Positions 1 through 9,740 of a stretch of DNA of 41,340 bases are shown here, piece by piece; position 1 is the first letter of the stretch; the number at the start of each line of letters is the position of its first letter. The stretch covers positions 1 through 41,340 of IMG/VR virus record IMGVR_UViG_2778261227_000005. One strand, 5' to 3'. The DNA is from a virus. Lineage: Duplodnaviria > Heunggongvirae > Uroviricota > Caudoviricetes. The position numbers and the translations under genes were made by a program. Under the pieces are notes generated by a model, which was not told the origin of the DNA, ran no database searches, and saw only the letters and a program-made list of their open reading frames with translations.

Positions 1-48
1 GAAAAACGAGTATTTTTAGTCATCCTGTTTACCTCTTTCTCAGGAAGT

Positions 49-2802
49 TTAGTCTCCAGGATTCCCGGGGCGGTTCAGAATGACTAGTTGTTGCCAATAA
101 ATTCGTAGGTCAGGAGCCCCGTTAGCTAAGCCTTTACCAAATTCGACGCGATACGGCATTCCATCCCGCAAAAAAAGATTAGGGCACAACTCATCAAGTC
201 CATGGGAAGATACTGCAAATTCGTGCCCCAACTTGAAAGCTTTGGCACAAAGTATTTTCCTGATTTCACTGAATTTATTAGTTCCTTGGTGCTCATAATC
301 AGCATCTAGAGCCCAAAAATCGCGCCTATTACTGAGTACATAAGCCATGATTGCCGAAACCAAGTCTTTAGGTTCTAATTCTCGTTCCAATGTCACAAGT
401 ATTTCCGGCAATGGTTCTACGTCTTCGTTATCTTTTCTTTTTGTATGGAAAAAGTAGATTGTTGAGCGGACAGCTTTCCAGCCTTCACCCCAAGGGCGAT
501 GGGCATGTAACTTACGAGCCGCATCAATTAATTTTGACCTTATTCCTCCATGACGCCAAATCCAGCGAAATTTATCAGCCAAGATCCGCCTGGCATCATC
601 TTCAAGCTCGGGCACTCCTGAGGTTCCTAATCTCACCAAAATATCGATGAAGGCGAATAGCCACGCAACAAGTTCATCGTAACTGGGTCGAAATCCATAA
701 TCTCTTGGCCTAGCACCAAACTCATTAATTCCGAATCCTGTCCACGGAGGTCCGCCGAGAGCAGTTTCAAGCATTTCGATCCCCATCCTTCTACGTTCGG
801 CCATACTTGAATCAATGCATTCATTCATGATCGCAACACGTTGTTCTAAAGAGGCATGGGTACCGGATAGATAAGGTTGGAAAAACCTCTTTATCTTATT
901 TCGAGCCGAATCATAATTATTGCTCGCGCTTTCCTGGTCTGCGATACGGATTAAGAGCTTAATGCATCGTTCAAAGTATTTCGATTCATATGCAAGTAAC
1001 TGCAACAATTTGATAATTGCTGTTCGTTGTGGGTTGTAGCGTGATTTAAAATGCTCAAAATTAGACGTAACAAGCGTTTCTTCAATCCTCTCAAGCAAAG
1101 TTCCTGGGGCAACTGGAGCGATATAATTTAGAATGCGTGTCGATACATCATCTAGGTCTATTATTTTTCCAAGCAGCCCTTCGGGCTGTAACCAAGCTTC
1201 AACAATCTCTTTAGCCACAGCATGGCTATGCAATAGTCCCAACCTGTGCGCGAACGACATCAATAATCGTTGCCGATCCGGAGCTTCAAAGGTCGTTCTA
1301 AGTTGATCAATCGGAATACTATTAAGTGCAGATGCTGCCAACTTGTTAGCAATGGCATGGGGAAGGATGGCTCTCCAGTGGGATCTTTTCTGAACAATGT
1401 GACGTTCCATCAACTTCGTAACAGCTTTGAATAACTGGATTTTGGGATACCCAGAGAGCACACCCAATATTTCCAGTTCATCGGTAGCTGCATCTGGACT
1501 AGATATCGAGAACGAATACACCAGTGACAATATTTCAGCTTGCTCCCGTAAATGGCCGTCGGGATGATTACGTTGTTCAAACAAGCGATTAAACAACTGC
1601 GCATCTGAAAGTAGGGCTAAACTCTCACCTTCTTCCACTCTTTCCGCTATAGCCAAAGCCACTCTTGCATTCCCATCTGCGAACTCTGCAATCCGACGGG
1701 CATTATTCTGACCAATAGAAGGGAAGCGACGGATAAGAAGTTGCTCTGCCACGTCTGGACCATCTGTCTCAATGTGGATGACCTCAGTTGTCTGTGGTTT
1801 GTCATCCCTAATGTCGTACTCGATCGTGATGAGACTTACTTCTTTCCCTGCGGCTGATACTTTGCTGGCAAGCGAAGCATGGAGTTCTGATGGGCAATTA
1901 TCAAGGATCATAATTGCTCGCCGGCCTTCAGCGAGCAGGTTATCAAGCATTGCTGTAGCCGACGGTACTGGCTCATAGCCAGTATCAACATAAATAGCTA
2001 CTGTTCGGTCAAGCGCATCTGTTCCAACAGTTTCATCAAAGAGCGCCTGAACGATTCGAGTCTTCCCAACACCAGACAATCCTGTAATACGAACAGCCTT
2101 GTTTGTCGAACGGATCAGTGCTCGCATTGGGTTAATTGCTTCATCAATTTTGAGTTTTTGCCCCTTTCCCGATGGTAAAGTAATGGTTACGCCTGGGGCT
2201 GAGATTAAAGTGTCTATAACACCTTGTGGTGGATTGCTCCAGGCTCCGTAGGGTTGCCAACCGGAATACCCTTGCCCAAGCTTTGCTTTTACCCACAGCA
2301 TGACTGATGGATGTTGGCGCAACCATTGGATGAGTTTGGAGCGGTCGTAGAAATCAAGATGAAGATAACTTTCGTTAGGATCATCTTTTACTGCATCCCT
2401 CATCGCTTTGAGACGATCCTTCTTTCCTGACGGCGAGCAATCATCACCCAGGCTGACAATGATGTAACTGCCTTGCTTTCTGGCTTGTTCAGAAATGATG
2501 GGAGAAAGTGCTTTGCCGGTGCCAATTTCCCTCTCAATTGCAGACTTAGGCATCTTATGTTTCTTTGCCTGAAAGACCGTATCAGGTCTTACAAGAAAGC
2601 CTGCTTTCAGTTGATCAATTGGAACCTGAACATGGATGTCAATTCCTCCGTCAGGGGCTGTAATTGAACCAGACCAATTTACACATGCTGGGCTATGGCC
2701 GTGCATTGCCACTTCAGCTTCTGCTAGCCGAGCGATCAGCTCTTCCAGCTGGATATCGGAGAGCCGAAGTAATTCGTCCTTTTCAATGTCAAAGATTGCC
2801 AC
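49..2802 (-). CDS. Mrr-like PD-(D/E)xK nuclease domain fused to P-loop NTPase with helical C-terminal region (917 aa); candidate STAND/Avs-like antiviral protein
   Basis: Uninterrupted 917-codon ORF. N-terminus has Mrr-type motifs (APDGGIDIHV ... VFQAKKHK), central Walker A GLSGVGKT and Walker B-like AIMILDNC, long C-terminal region with no motif I recognise. AT-richer than the prophage core. Family call from motif recall only. Confidence 0.7.
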   Translation of the reverse strand: MAIFDIEKDELLRLSDIQLEELIARLAEAEVAMHGHSPACVNWSGSITAPDGGIDIHVQVPIDQLKAGFLVRPDTVFQAKKHKMPKSAIEREIGTGKALSPIISEQARKQGSYIIVSLGDDCSPSGKKDRLKAMRDAVKDDPNESYLHLDFYDRSKLIQWLRQHPSVMLWVKAKLGQGYSGWQPYGAWSNPPQGVIDTLISAPGVTITLPSGKGQKLKIDEAINPMRALIRSTNKAVRITGLSGVGKTRIVQALFDETVGTDALDRTVAIYVDTGYEPVPSATAMLDNLLAEGRRAIMILDNCPSELHASLASKVSAAGKEVSLITIEYDIRDDKPQTTEVIHIETDGPDVAEQLLIRRFPSIGQNNARRIAEFADGNARVALAIAERVEEGESLALLSDAQLFNRLFEQRNHPDGHLREQAEILSLVYSFSISSPDAATDELEILGVLSGYPKIQLFKAVTKLMERHIVQKRSHWRAILPHAIANKLAASALNSIPIDQLRTTFEAPDRQRLLMSFAHRLGLLHSHAVAKEIVEAWLQPEGLLGKIIDLDDVSTRILNYIAPVAPGTLLERIEETLVTSNFEHFKSRYNPQRTAIIKLLQLLAYESKYFERCIKLLIRIADQESASNNYDSARNKIKRFFQPYLSGTHASLEQRVAIMNECIDSSMAERRRMGIEMLETALGGPPWTGFGINEFGARPRDYGFRPSYDELVAWLFAFIDILVRLGTSGVPELEDDARRILADKFRWIWRHGGIRSKLIDAARKLHAHRPWGEGWKAVRSTIYFFHTKRKDNEDVEPLPEILVTLERELEPKDLVSAIMAYVLSNRRDFWALDADYEHQGTNKFSEIRKILCAKAFKLGHEFAVSSHGLDELCPNLFLRDGMPYRVEFGKGLANGAPDLRIYWQQLVILNRPGNPGD

Positions 2803-3269
2803 TTTTAAACCCTATAAAAGATATTGCGACCATAGAAAAAGTTGCTCTTAGTCTAACCAATGAGGGAAGAGATGTCCGCTGAACATTTACAATTAAAACC
2901 ATCCACTTCAATTGGTTAAGATGTTCTGACTCAGAACTGTGATGTCGATCATACCTACTTTTACGTAGAGCTATCAGTATGTATGAAACTAAGGTCTAGT
3001 ATGAACAAAGGACAGGCTCATGCTTTATATGACTGTGAGGTTAACGAGCATTCTAGGTGCAAAAAGTTCCACTAACTTGATGATTTTTTATTCTTGAGGT
3101 GGTTTAGTGCGAGTTTAAAAATTTGGCTAATGTTTAAGATCAATAAATAAGTCCTGATTTTTTACTCTTTAGCAATTTTGTTAGCATTTTGTGTACATTA
3201 AAAATGAATTTTTAATATTAGTTTTTTTTAGATTTGGTTGTTTAAAATTTTATTGGGTGGAGTACCAAT

Positions 3270-6200
3270 ATGAAATGGATAAAAGCACTTAACCTTCAGC
3301 AATGGGCAGATTCTATTCCTGCAAAAGTTATTTTTCCAGCACTAATCGCTGATCTTATACGTGCAACGGCTAACAGTATTACTGAAATTAGATTTCCTAA
3401 TGGTGATAAGGGACAGGTTAGAGGTTATGACGGTGTACTTAAAGCCGAGGGGGTGGCCCCCTATGTTCCTGATGGCGACTCATTCTGGGAATTTGGTGTT
3501 AATGAAAAATTGCTTGATAAAGCTAACTTTGATTACGAAAAAAGAACACGCGAAGTTGCTCCAGAGATACGTCTAAAGACTACTTTTGTTTTCGCTTCAT
3601 TAAGAACATGGGATAATCCTAAGGTAAAGCTTGAAGACTGGCTACAAGAGAAACGCAATAGTGGTAAGTGGAAAGACATCAAATTAATTGATGGTTCTAT
3701 GCTTGAAGATTGGCTCGGTGTTTGCCCTGCTGTAGCTGCTTACTACGCTCGCTACCATCTTGAGCTAATGCCACAGGTTGGTGTTAGAAGCATTAAGGAG
3801 TTTTGGGATGAATTTTCCACTAAATTTAATCCCCCTTTAACTGAAGCAGTCTTGCTGGCGGGGAGAGAAAAGCAAAAAGAGCGTTTTCTGAATGAGTTAC
3901 GAGAAAATGGTCGAAAAATATCTTTAGCTGCAGATTCTCCGGATGAGGTTATTGCTTTTGCGATTGCAGCTATCAGAACCACTGAAGCGGAACTTCGACA
4001 TTCCTTTCAAAGTCGAGCACTAATTATTGATACGGATGATGCTGCAAGACAGCTTTCTGGAAAAAGAGGAATGATCTTCTTACCACGTGATCGAGCAAGA
4101 GCTTTAGCCGGTTTATTACAGCAAGCATCTATCACAGTAGTAAGTGCCGGAGCCGATGAAACACGAACTGATCACGAACTTCTGATCCGCCCAGATAGTA
4201 TATCTTTAGGTAAGGCTCTTGAATCTATGGGGTTTGATTCAGATAAAAGTTATCAAATAGCGCGGCAGTGTGGCCGAAGTTTGTCTGTTTTGGCTCGCCA
4301 GATATCAAGTAGCACGGCTGAATCACCTGAATGGAAAGACAGCCCTGAGTTGCTCCCTGCTTTATTAGCTGGTGCATGGAGTACATGTTCAGAGAAAGAT
4401 AAGTTAATTCTCAAGCAACTAGCTGGCTATACAGACTATTCTCAAGTTGAAAATCCATTAAGGCTATTAACAAAGCGCCGCGATTCTCCAATTGACCGAG
4501 TAGATGATATTTGGTCATTGCGTTCGTCGGTAGATGCTTTTGTACATTTAGGCTATTTGCTGGGTGAAGAACACCTGGAGCGTTTTGAGAAGGCCGTAAG
4601 AGAGGTTTTTTCCTATATTCCTGAACCACCAAAGGCCGAAGATCTGTTTGTACCTGACAATGGTATTAAAACGTCTTATAGCTCGTGGTTACGTAATGGA
4701 ATGACAACAGTTTTGCTACATATGGCAATATTACATGAACAGGCCGAATTCCGGGTTACTGGTATGACACCCCAAGATTTTGTTAACAAAATAGTTCAGA
4801 GTATTCCGGGACTTGCTAACGACCATCGACTATTTGTTAGTTTGCGAGATCAACTTCCGCTGCTGGCAGAAGCTGCCCCTGGCCCTTTCCTTGATGCCCT
4901 TGAGCAATTGCTTAAGGGCAATGGGGAAATGATTGCTCCAATATTCAATGAAGATAAAGGGCTGTTAACTCCTCGAAGTCATTATCATGGATTAAAATGG
5001 GCATTGGAAGCCTTGGCTTGGGAACAAACATATCTATTACGCGCTGCAATCTGTCTTGCAAAACTCGCTGTAATAGATCCCGGAGGAACTTACTCAGATC
5101 GCCCTCTTAATAGTTTAAGAACCATTTTTCTGGCATGGTCTCCTAATACATGGGCACCAGTAAAAGTTAGAAATGCAATTATAAAAAAAATTATCACTAT
5201 TGTTCCTAGTATTGGGTGGAGTTTGTTACAAAATCTCCTTCCTCGCTCCCATGATACCTCTGATCAAAACCAAAAAATGAAGTTCAGAGAGTCGGATAAA
5301 GATGTAGAAAAACTAACGTGGGGCGTTGTTTGGGAGGGGCAAATCTTTATTATCCAAGAAGCAATTAAACTTGCAGGTATACTCCCAACAAGATGGGAAA
5401 TCCTAATCTCTCATTTAAGCTCATTCCCTGAGAATGCAATAGATGAAACACTTTCTCATCTTGAACTTTGCCTTTCTCAACAAACTGAAGAGGATCAGTT
5501 CATCGTATGGGAGGCTTTGCGTCATGAGTATTCTCGCCATAAAAAATATTCAGATGCGAACTGGGCATTTAAATTTGAGTCTATGGAAAAAATAGCGAAA
5601 ATACTTGATAATTATAAACCAATTGACATGGTTAGAGCCAGTTTATGGATTTTCAATGATTGGGATTCTGATATTGAAGAGTCAATTGAAAATGCTGGCG
5701 GAATTTTTTCTTCTGTCGAAGAAATGCGAAGTGAAAAACTTAGGGAAATATACTTTACTTTAGGTTTGTCTGGGGTGAAAGACCTTTTTCAACAAGTTAA
5801 TAATGTTTTTATTGCAGCAAGGCATATATCAGCACTCTCGTTGGATGAAGAAAAATTAAATGATTTGTTTGTAATGCTTATTAACAACAAAAAAAATATT
5901 GATGAAGTTTGTGGGTTGTTAATGCAATATGGTGTTGAATGCTTTGGTGCTGAATGGCTTAATAAAATAAAAGTGTATTTTAAACAGTTTAAAATTACCC
6001 CTGATAGGGCTGGGAAAATCTTAGCATCGTTAAGAGACTCACAAGAGATATGGAGCATTATTGAAGGGTTTGAAGATAACATCAACGAAAAATATTGGTT
6101 GCAAAAACAACCCATTGCAATGATGGGTAAAACTTCGGATTTATTTGTTCTTATGGATAAATATATAGAAAGGGGCCGGGGTCTTGCTGCTATTATATCA

Positions 6201-7016
6201 GCAAATCAACGCCTTTCTGAGATTCCATCTACAACACTTTTATATCTTCTAGATATAGTCGTTAAAGAAATAAATAGCCAGGATATCCAATTTGATACAA
6301 TGCTATCGTACTATGTAAAAAAAGTTTTTGATGAACTCAAACAACGTAACGATGTTTCTGAAACAGATTTGGCATTTAAAGAAATGACCTACTTGCCTTG
6401 TTTTCCGGATAGCGATGAGCCACTTATCCTGCATCGTCTAATGATGAAAAAGCCAGAGGTTTTTATAGAAGCAATATGTATTGTATATCGTAGTGACGAA
6501 GATGAACAAACAGAACCATCGGAGTTGGAAGTTAAAAGAGCTACTTCTATATACAGATTACTTGAAAAATTACGAATACTACCAGGGCAGATAGACAATG
6601 AAATTGATCAAGATAAACTTGAAGATTGGTGTGAGAATGTACGCCATTTAGCAAAATTGCATCATCGCCAAGAAATCACTGATCATGTAATAGGAAAAAT
6701 TCTGGCACATGCCCCTAATAGCTCAGTAGATAATTCCTGGCCACATGAAGCAATTCGGCACATCATTGAAATATTATCTTCTGATGAGTTAGAGCAAGGT
6801 ATACAAATTGGTAGGTACAATAAAAGGGGGGTATTTGCTCGTATGCGTTACGAAGGTGGAAACCAAGAAAGGATATTAGCTGAGCAGTACCGAGAATGGG
6901 CAAATTCAATGCCCCACTGCGTCCGTACTTCTGCAATGCTATTTAGAATCGCTGACGAATGGGAATACTCAGCAAAAAACGCAGATATTCGAGCCGCAAA
7001 GGCTGATTTAAAATAG
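3270..7016 (+). CDS. Large hypothetical protein (1248 aa), no recognisable catalytic motif; candidate defence-island cargo
   Basis: Single 1248-codon ORF, strongly AT-rich, GGTGGAG RBS-like sequence upstream of ATG 3270. No Walker A (GxxxxGK[ST]) or helicase motif found on reading. Divergent from the 917-aa gene across a 467-bp AT-rich spacer. Confidence 0.8.
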   Translation: MKWIKALNLQQWADSIPAKVIFPALIADLIRATANSITEIRFPNGDKGQVRGYDGVLKAEGVAPYVPDGDSFWEFGVNEKLLDKANFDYEKRTREVAPEIRLKTTFVFASLRTWDNPKVKLEDWLQEKRNSGKWKDIKLIDGSMLEDWLGVCPAVAAYYARYHLELMPQVGVRSIKEFWDEFSTKFNPPLTEAVLLAGREKQKERFLNELRENGRKISLAADSPDEVIAFAIAAIRTTEAELRHSFQSRALIIDTDDAARQLSGKRGMIFLPRDRARALAGLLQQASITVVSAGADETRTDHELLIRPDSISLGKALESMGFDSDKSYQIARQCGRSLSVLARQISSSTAESPEWKDSPELLPALLAGAWSTCSEKDKLILKQLAGYTDYSQVENPLRLLTKRRDSPIDRVDDIWSLRSSVDAFVHLGYLLGEEHLERFEKAVREVFSYIPEPPKAEDLFVPDNGIKTSYSSWLRNGMTTVLLHMAILHEQAEFRVTGMTPQDFVNKIVQSIPGLANDHRLFVSLRDQLPLLAEAAPGPFLDALEQLLKGNGEMIAPIFNEDKGLLTPRSHYHGLKWALEALAWEQTYLLRAAICLAKLAVIDPGGTYSDRPLNSLRTIFLAWSPNTWAPVKVRNAIIKKIITIVPSIGWSLLQNLLPRSHDTSDQNQKMKFRESDKDVEKLTWGVVWEGQIFIIQEAIKLAGILPTRWEILISHLSSFPENAIDETLSHLELCLSQQTEEDQFIVWEALRHEYSRHKKYSDANWAFKFESMEKIAKILDNYKPIDMVRASLWIFNDWDSDIEESIENAGGIFSSVEEMRSEKLREIYFTLGLSGVKDLFQQVNNVFIAARHISALSLDEEKLNDLFVMLINNKKNIDEVCGLLMQYGVECFGAEWLNKIKVYFKQFKITPDRAGKILASLRDSQEIWSIIEGFEDNINEKYWLQKQPIAMMGKTSDLFVLMDKYIERGRGLAAIISANQRLSEIPSTTLLYLLDIVVKEINSQDIQFDTMLSYYVKKVFDELKQRNDVSETDLAFKEMTYLPCFPDSDEPLILHRLMMKKPEVFIEAICIVYRSDEDEQTEPSELEVKRATSIYRLLEKLRILPGQIDNEIDQDKLEDWCENVRHLAKLHHRQEITDHVIGKILAHAPNSSVDNSWPHEAIRHIIEILSSDELEQGIQIGRYNKRGVFARMRYEGGNQERILAEQYREWANSMPHCVRTSAMLFRIADEWEYSAKNADIRAAKADLK

Positions 7017-7050
7017 AAAGATTCAAAACCAAAATTAGAATAAATCATAA

Positions 7051-7074
7051 AAACCCTGCTTAAGAGCAGGGTTT
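7051..7074. terminator. Perfect 10-bp stem / 4-nt loop hairpin downstream of the 1248-aa gene; probable intrinsic terminator
   Basis: aaaccctgct-taag-agcagggttt is an exact inverted repeat, 35 nt after the stop at 7016; the following T-tract is weak (aacttcttt). Confidence 0.5.
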
Positions 7075-7154
7075 AACTTCTTTCAGCGTCATTTAAAATT
7101 GCAGACCTTCAGGTTAATCTACCCAAAAACAGAACGGGTTTTAGCTACGACATG

Positions 7155-7349
7155 TCATCCAACTAACCGCATTGCCTTTATCCCTCCTTCAATCATACTA
7201 CCGTGATCTGCAGCCATCACAAAATCAGCCCACCACTGCATCATAGGCCGTCGCTGCTCAAGATAATCACTACGGTTATACGCACGACGAACCTCATTCT
7301 TATCCACATGAGCAAGTGCAGCCTCAATAACATCAGGTGGAAATCCCTG
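7155..7349 (-). pseudogene. 3' fragment of a tyrosine integrase gene (C-terminal ~64 codons including the catalytic-Tyr region), truncated at the prophage boundary
   Basis: Minus-strand translation reads ...QGFPPDVIEAALAHVDKNEVRRAYNRSDYLEQRRPMMQWWADFVMAADHGSMIEGGIKAMRLVG*, matching the conserved C-terminal end of P4/CP4-57-type integrases (from memory). The frame has no start and is closed by a stop immediately upstream at 7353-7355. Confidence 0.6.
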
Positions 7350-7481
<132 letters not shown>

Positions 7482-7510
7482 CAGAACTCGCTCCAGCCTG
7501 ATTGCAGATA

Positions 7511-7900
7511 TTACTCTTTTTTCTCCGTATCTACATCGGGTTCATCAGCAAATAGCTTGCCCTGCATCCGATCCAGTTCTTCTTTTCTTACCCGCTTAAC
7601 CACGCTGTAGACCCACTGAAGCGAAACACCAAATTTGCGGGCCAGTTCATGGTGGTTACGTCCGTTAAACTCCCTGAAGATTTCCCGGTCGCGCTGACTG
7701 ACCTTCCATACCATGCCCATCGGGAAATAAACGTTTTGCCCGCCCCAGACCTGCATCATGCGGTTCGCGACGGCCTGACCAATCTGGTCGGCAATTGCGG
7801 GCTCAATATCAATAATCTCGCGAACGGTTTCAGAGGTATGCTGTGCCAGTTCCACCAGGAGTTCCGGCCCTTTACTTCGAAACTGATTCAGGTCGCTCAT
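7511..7900 (-). CDS. mor: Mor/C-family transcriptional activator (middle/late operon regulator)
   Basis: 129 aa; pattern GGQNVYFP...RDREIFREFNGRNHHELARKFGVSLQWVYSVVKRVR matches the Mu Mor dimerisation and C-terminal HTH region as I recall it. Confidence 0.8.
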   Translation of the reverse strand: MSDLNQFRSKGPELLVELAQHTSETVREIIDIEPAIADQIGQAVANRMMQVWGGQNVYFPMGMVWKVSQRDREIFREFNGRNHHELARKFGVSLQWVYSVVKRVRKEELDRMQGKLFADEPDVDTEKKE

Positions 7901-8324
7901 GTTTTACTCCCGCAGCTCTGTGCTGCCACTTCTTCAGTTTCTCAATAACACTGCTTGCCTGTTCAGTATTGAGCCAGCGCAGGGCGCTGATGCCCGTTTC
8001 CCGCTTGATCCACCGCGCTAATGCATTTTCTGAACGGTCACGAACAATGCCGGCAGCAGCCATTTCAAGCCATAGCGCACGGATTTTCCTGGACTGCGGA
8101 TGGTTATCCAGCGGTAAACCGGAGCTGGCTTTTCTGGCAGGCTTAACGCGAAAGCCTTTCCTTTTCATGGATTCCAGCACGCAGTTTAGTTGTGTGGTAT
8201 CCATTCCTTTGGTTGAGGCTTTACCGGTCAGCCCCTGTAACATCTGGCGGTAGGTGTCTTCATCCATACCCAGTTCATTACGGGCAATATGAATGAGCTG
8301 GATAAGACGTTGTTTAGTCATCAT
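7872..8324 (-). CDS. gemA: Mu GemA/gp16-like protein (DUF1018)
   Basis: Translation MMTKQRLIQLIHIARNELGMDEDTYRQMLQ... is typical of Mu gp16/GemA; start placed at ATG 8324 with AAGGAG 5 nt upstream (the track ORF extends to 8363). Confidence 0.7.
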   Translation of the reverse strand: MMTKQRLIQLIHIARNELGMDEDTYRQMLQGLTGKASTKGMDTTQLNCVLESMKRKGFRVKPARKASSGLPLDNHPQSRKIRALWLEMAAAGIVRDRSENALARWIKRETGISALRWLNTEQASSVIEKLKKWQHRAAGVKHERPESVSK

Positions 8325-8529
8325 CGTTGCTCCTTTTACCTGCGCCACCGATATAATCGACATATAAAGGAAGCGCCACAGGCCAGCACAGGAACATCAC
8401 CGACCAGCTAATCCAGTAGCCGGCACCACTGTAACGTGAATAAAACCCTGAACGGCGGTGCAGTTCAGCAGTACACCAACCGACAAAACAATACCAGAAC
8501 AGGGCACATACAACAGATTCAGCCGTCAT
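8314..8529 (-). CDS. Small hydrophobic protein (~71 aa), putative membrane protein
   Basis: Internal Met of track ORF 8314..8685; hydrophobic segment CALFWYCFVGWC and WISWSVMFLCWPVALPLYV. Start choice uncertain. Confidence 0.4.
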   Translation of the reverse strand: MTAESVVCALFWYCFVGWCTAELHRRSGFYSRYSGAGYWISWSVMFLCWPVALPLYVDYIGGAGKRSNDDD

Positions 8530-8749
8530 TCTGAATATCCCCCCAACTGATATGAATATTACGGGCAGCAATGACAGGGTCGTTATTCCACCATGCACCT
8601 GACATGTATTTTTCAACCTGTTCGCGTCCGGCAATAACACCAATTGTGATCCCCGGCCTGACGTTCTTAAAAAAGGCGCGGGCAAAAAGGTATCTGGCAG
8701 ATATTCGGCAGGCTTTTAATTTCCGGCTGTTACCTGATAGCGTAATCAT
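8519..8749 (-). CDS. Hypothetical protein (76 aa), Mu-like early region
   Basis: ORF whose start overlaps the stop of the upstream gene by 4 nt (ATGA coupling) in the leftward early operon. Confidence 0.4.
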   Translation of the reverse strand: MITLSGNSRKLKACRISARYLFARAFFKNVRPGITIGVIAGREQVEKYMSGAWWNNDPVIAARNIHISWGDIQNDG

Positions 8750-9429
8750 CTGGCCTCCAGTTTCTGTTGTTCCTGCCCACTGACCGGGCGGTGCAGTCTG
8801 ACGTTCTGCCCTTCACGAAACCCCGCATAGCGCGAGGCGTCGCCATTGCGGCTTCTTCCCGGTTTACGCGCCCTGGTGGTTTGCGTCTGCGGGTATTTAT
8901 GTTCCAGCCACTGCTGCATCAGTTCACGTTCGTCATCGGTCAGGGCGAAGGACTGTATTTCACTGATAACGGCCAGCACCCAGCCTTCAGCAAACTGGTC
9001 ACCACGGCTGGTACGGGTGGCAGTTTTTATTCTTTTGTTCTGTGCGCTGATATACTGCTGACGCGCCTTTTTCAGCTGGCGGGCCAGCACTTCCCAGGTG
9101 TACGCAGCCAGTGCGGCCCGTTCCCGGTTGCCGTAGAACCCCACACCCGGATATGTGCCGGGGTGAATTATGGAGTTAACACCAAATGCCTCGCGGATGA
9201 TGTTCATCAGGCCCAGCATGTAGCGCGGTGGACGGAGACTGCCTGTCGGCCAGTAATGACTGATGGTTTCATCAATATCACTCATGGCAATGTCGGAATG
9301 TGTGATGCCGTGAACATCCATCAGTTTACGGGCGCGGCGCAGTGCCAGAGCAGCCTCATACGGGTTGCCGGATGCTGCCAGCGCCAGCAACTTTTTCAGT
9401 TTTTCAATGTGTTTATCCAAGTCTGTCAT
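8746..9429 (-). CDS. Hypothetical early protein (227 aa), possibly DUF2786-like
   Basis: Intact ORF in the early operon; N-terminal helical motif IEKLKKLLALAASGNPYEAALALRRARKLMDVHGI resembles a domain seen in Mu-like prophage proteins (memory only). Confidence 0.65.
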   Translation of the reverse strand: MTDLDKHIEKLKKLLALAASGNPYEAALALRRARKLMDVHGITHSDIAMSDIDETISHYWPTGSLRPPRYMLGLMNIIREAFGVNSIIHPGTYPGVGFYGNRERAALAAYTWEVLARQLKKARQQYISAQNKRIKTATRTSRGDQFAEGWVLAVISEIQSFALTDDERELMQQWLEHKYPQTQTTRARKPGRSRNGDASRYAGFREGQNVRLHRPVSGQEQQKLEAR

Positions 9430-9731
9430 TGTTCAGTATCTCCGGTGTACATGACGCCCAGCCGTGCGGCAAGGCGTTCCAGTTTTTTCTGTTTGTGGAA
9501 GTCAATCAGCCGGTCCATCCCCTGAAGGCGCAACTGCTCTGTCATGATTTCCACGTCTGCCAGCTCTGCCGCGAGGTCACTTTCACTGCCCTGTCCGTTC
9601 AGGTTGCGGGCAGCACAGGCTGCCAGTTCAGCGGCCTCTTCTGTCAGTTTCAGGGCCTGTGCGTCCGGCCCGAAACGCTGCAGGGCCAGACGGTAGAGGG
9701 CGGTGCGGGTGAGTATGGTGTACCGTGTCAT
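9426..9731 (-). CDS. Hypothetical early protein (101 aa)
   Basis: ORF overlapping the downstream gene by 4 nt, same strand as the early operon. Confidence 0.55.
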   Translation of the reverse strand: MTRYTILTRTALYRLALQRFGPDAQALKLTEEAAELAACAARNLNGQGSESDLAAELADVEIMTEQLRLQGMDRLIDFHKQKKLERLAARLGVMYTGDTEQ

Positions 9732-9740
9732 GCTGCGCCC

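Noticed and set aside
3270-7016. 1248-aa protein as a helicase or AAA ATPase
   Set aside because: Reading found no GxxxxGK[ST] Walker A (MMGKTS lacks the upstream Gly) and no DEAD/DExH motif; left as unknown.
8767-9525. Long plus-strand ORF (252 aa) antisense to the early operon; similar long antisense ORFs at 11255..12007, 12429..12914, 13344..13847, 22514..23806, 28198..29160, 32071..32865 and 39699..40424
   Set aside because: They lie fully inside stronger genes on the opposite strand that have recognisable products and translational coupling; their Arg/Ser/Pro/Cys-rich low-complexity translations are typical of shadow ORFs in GC-rich coding DNA.
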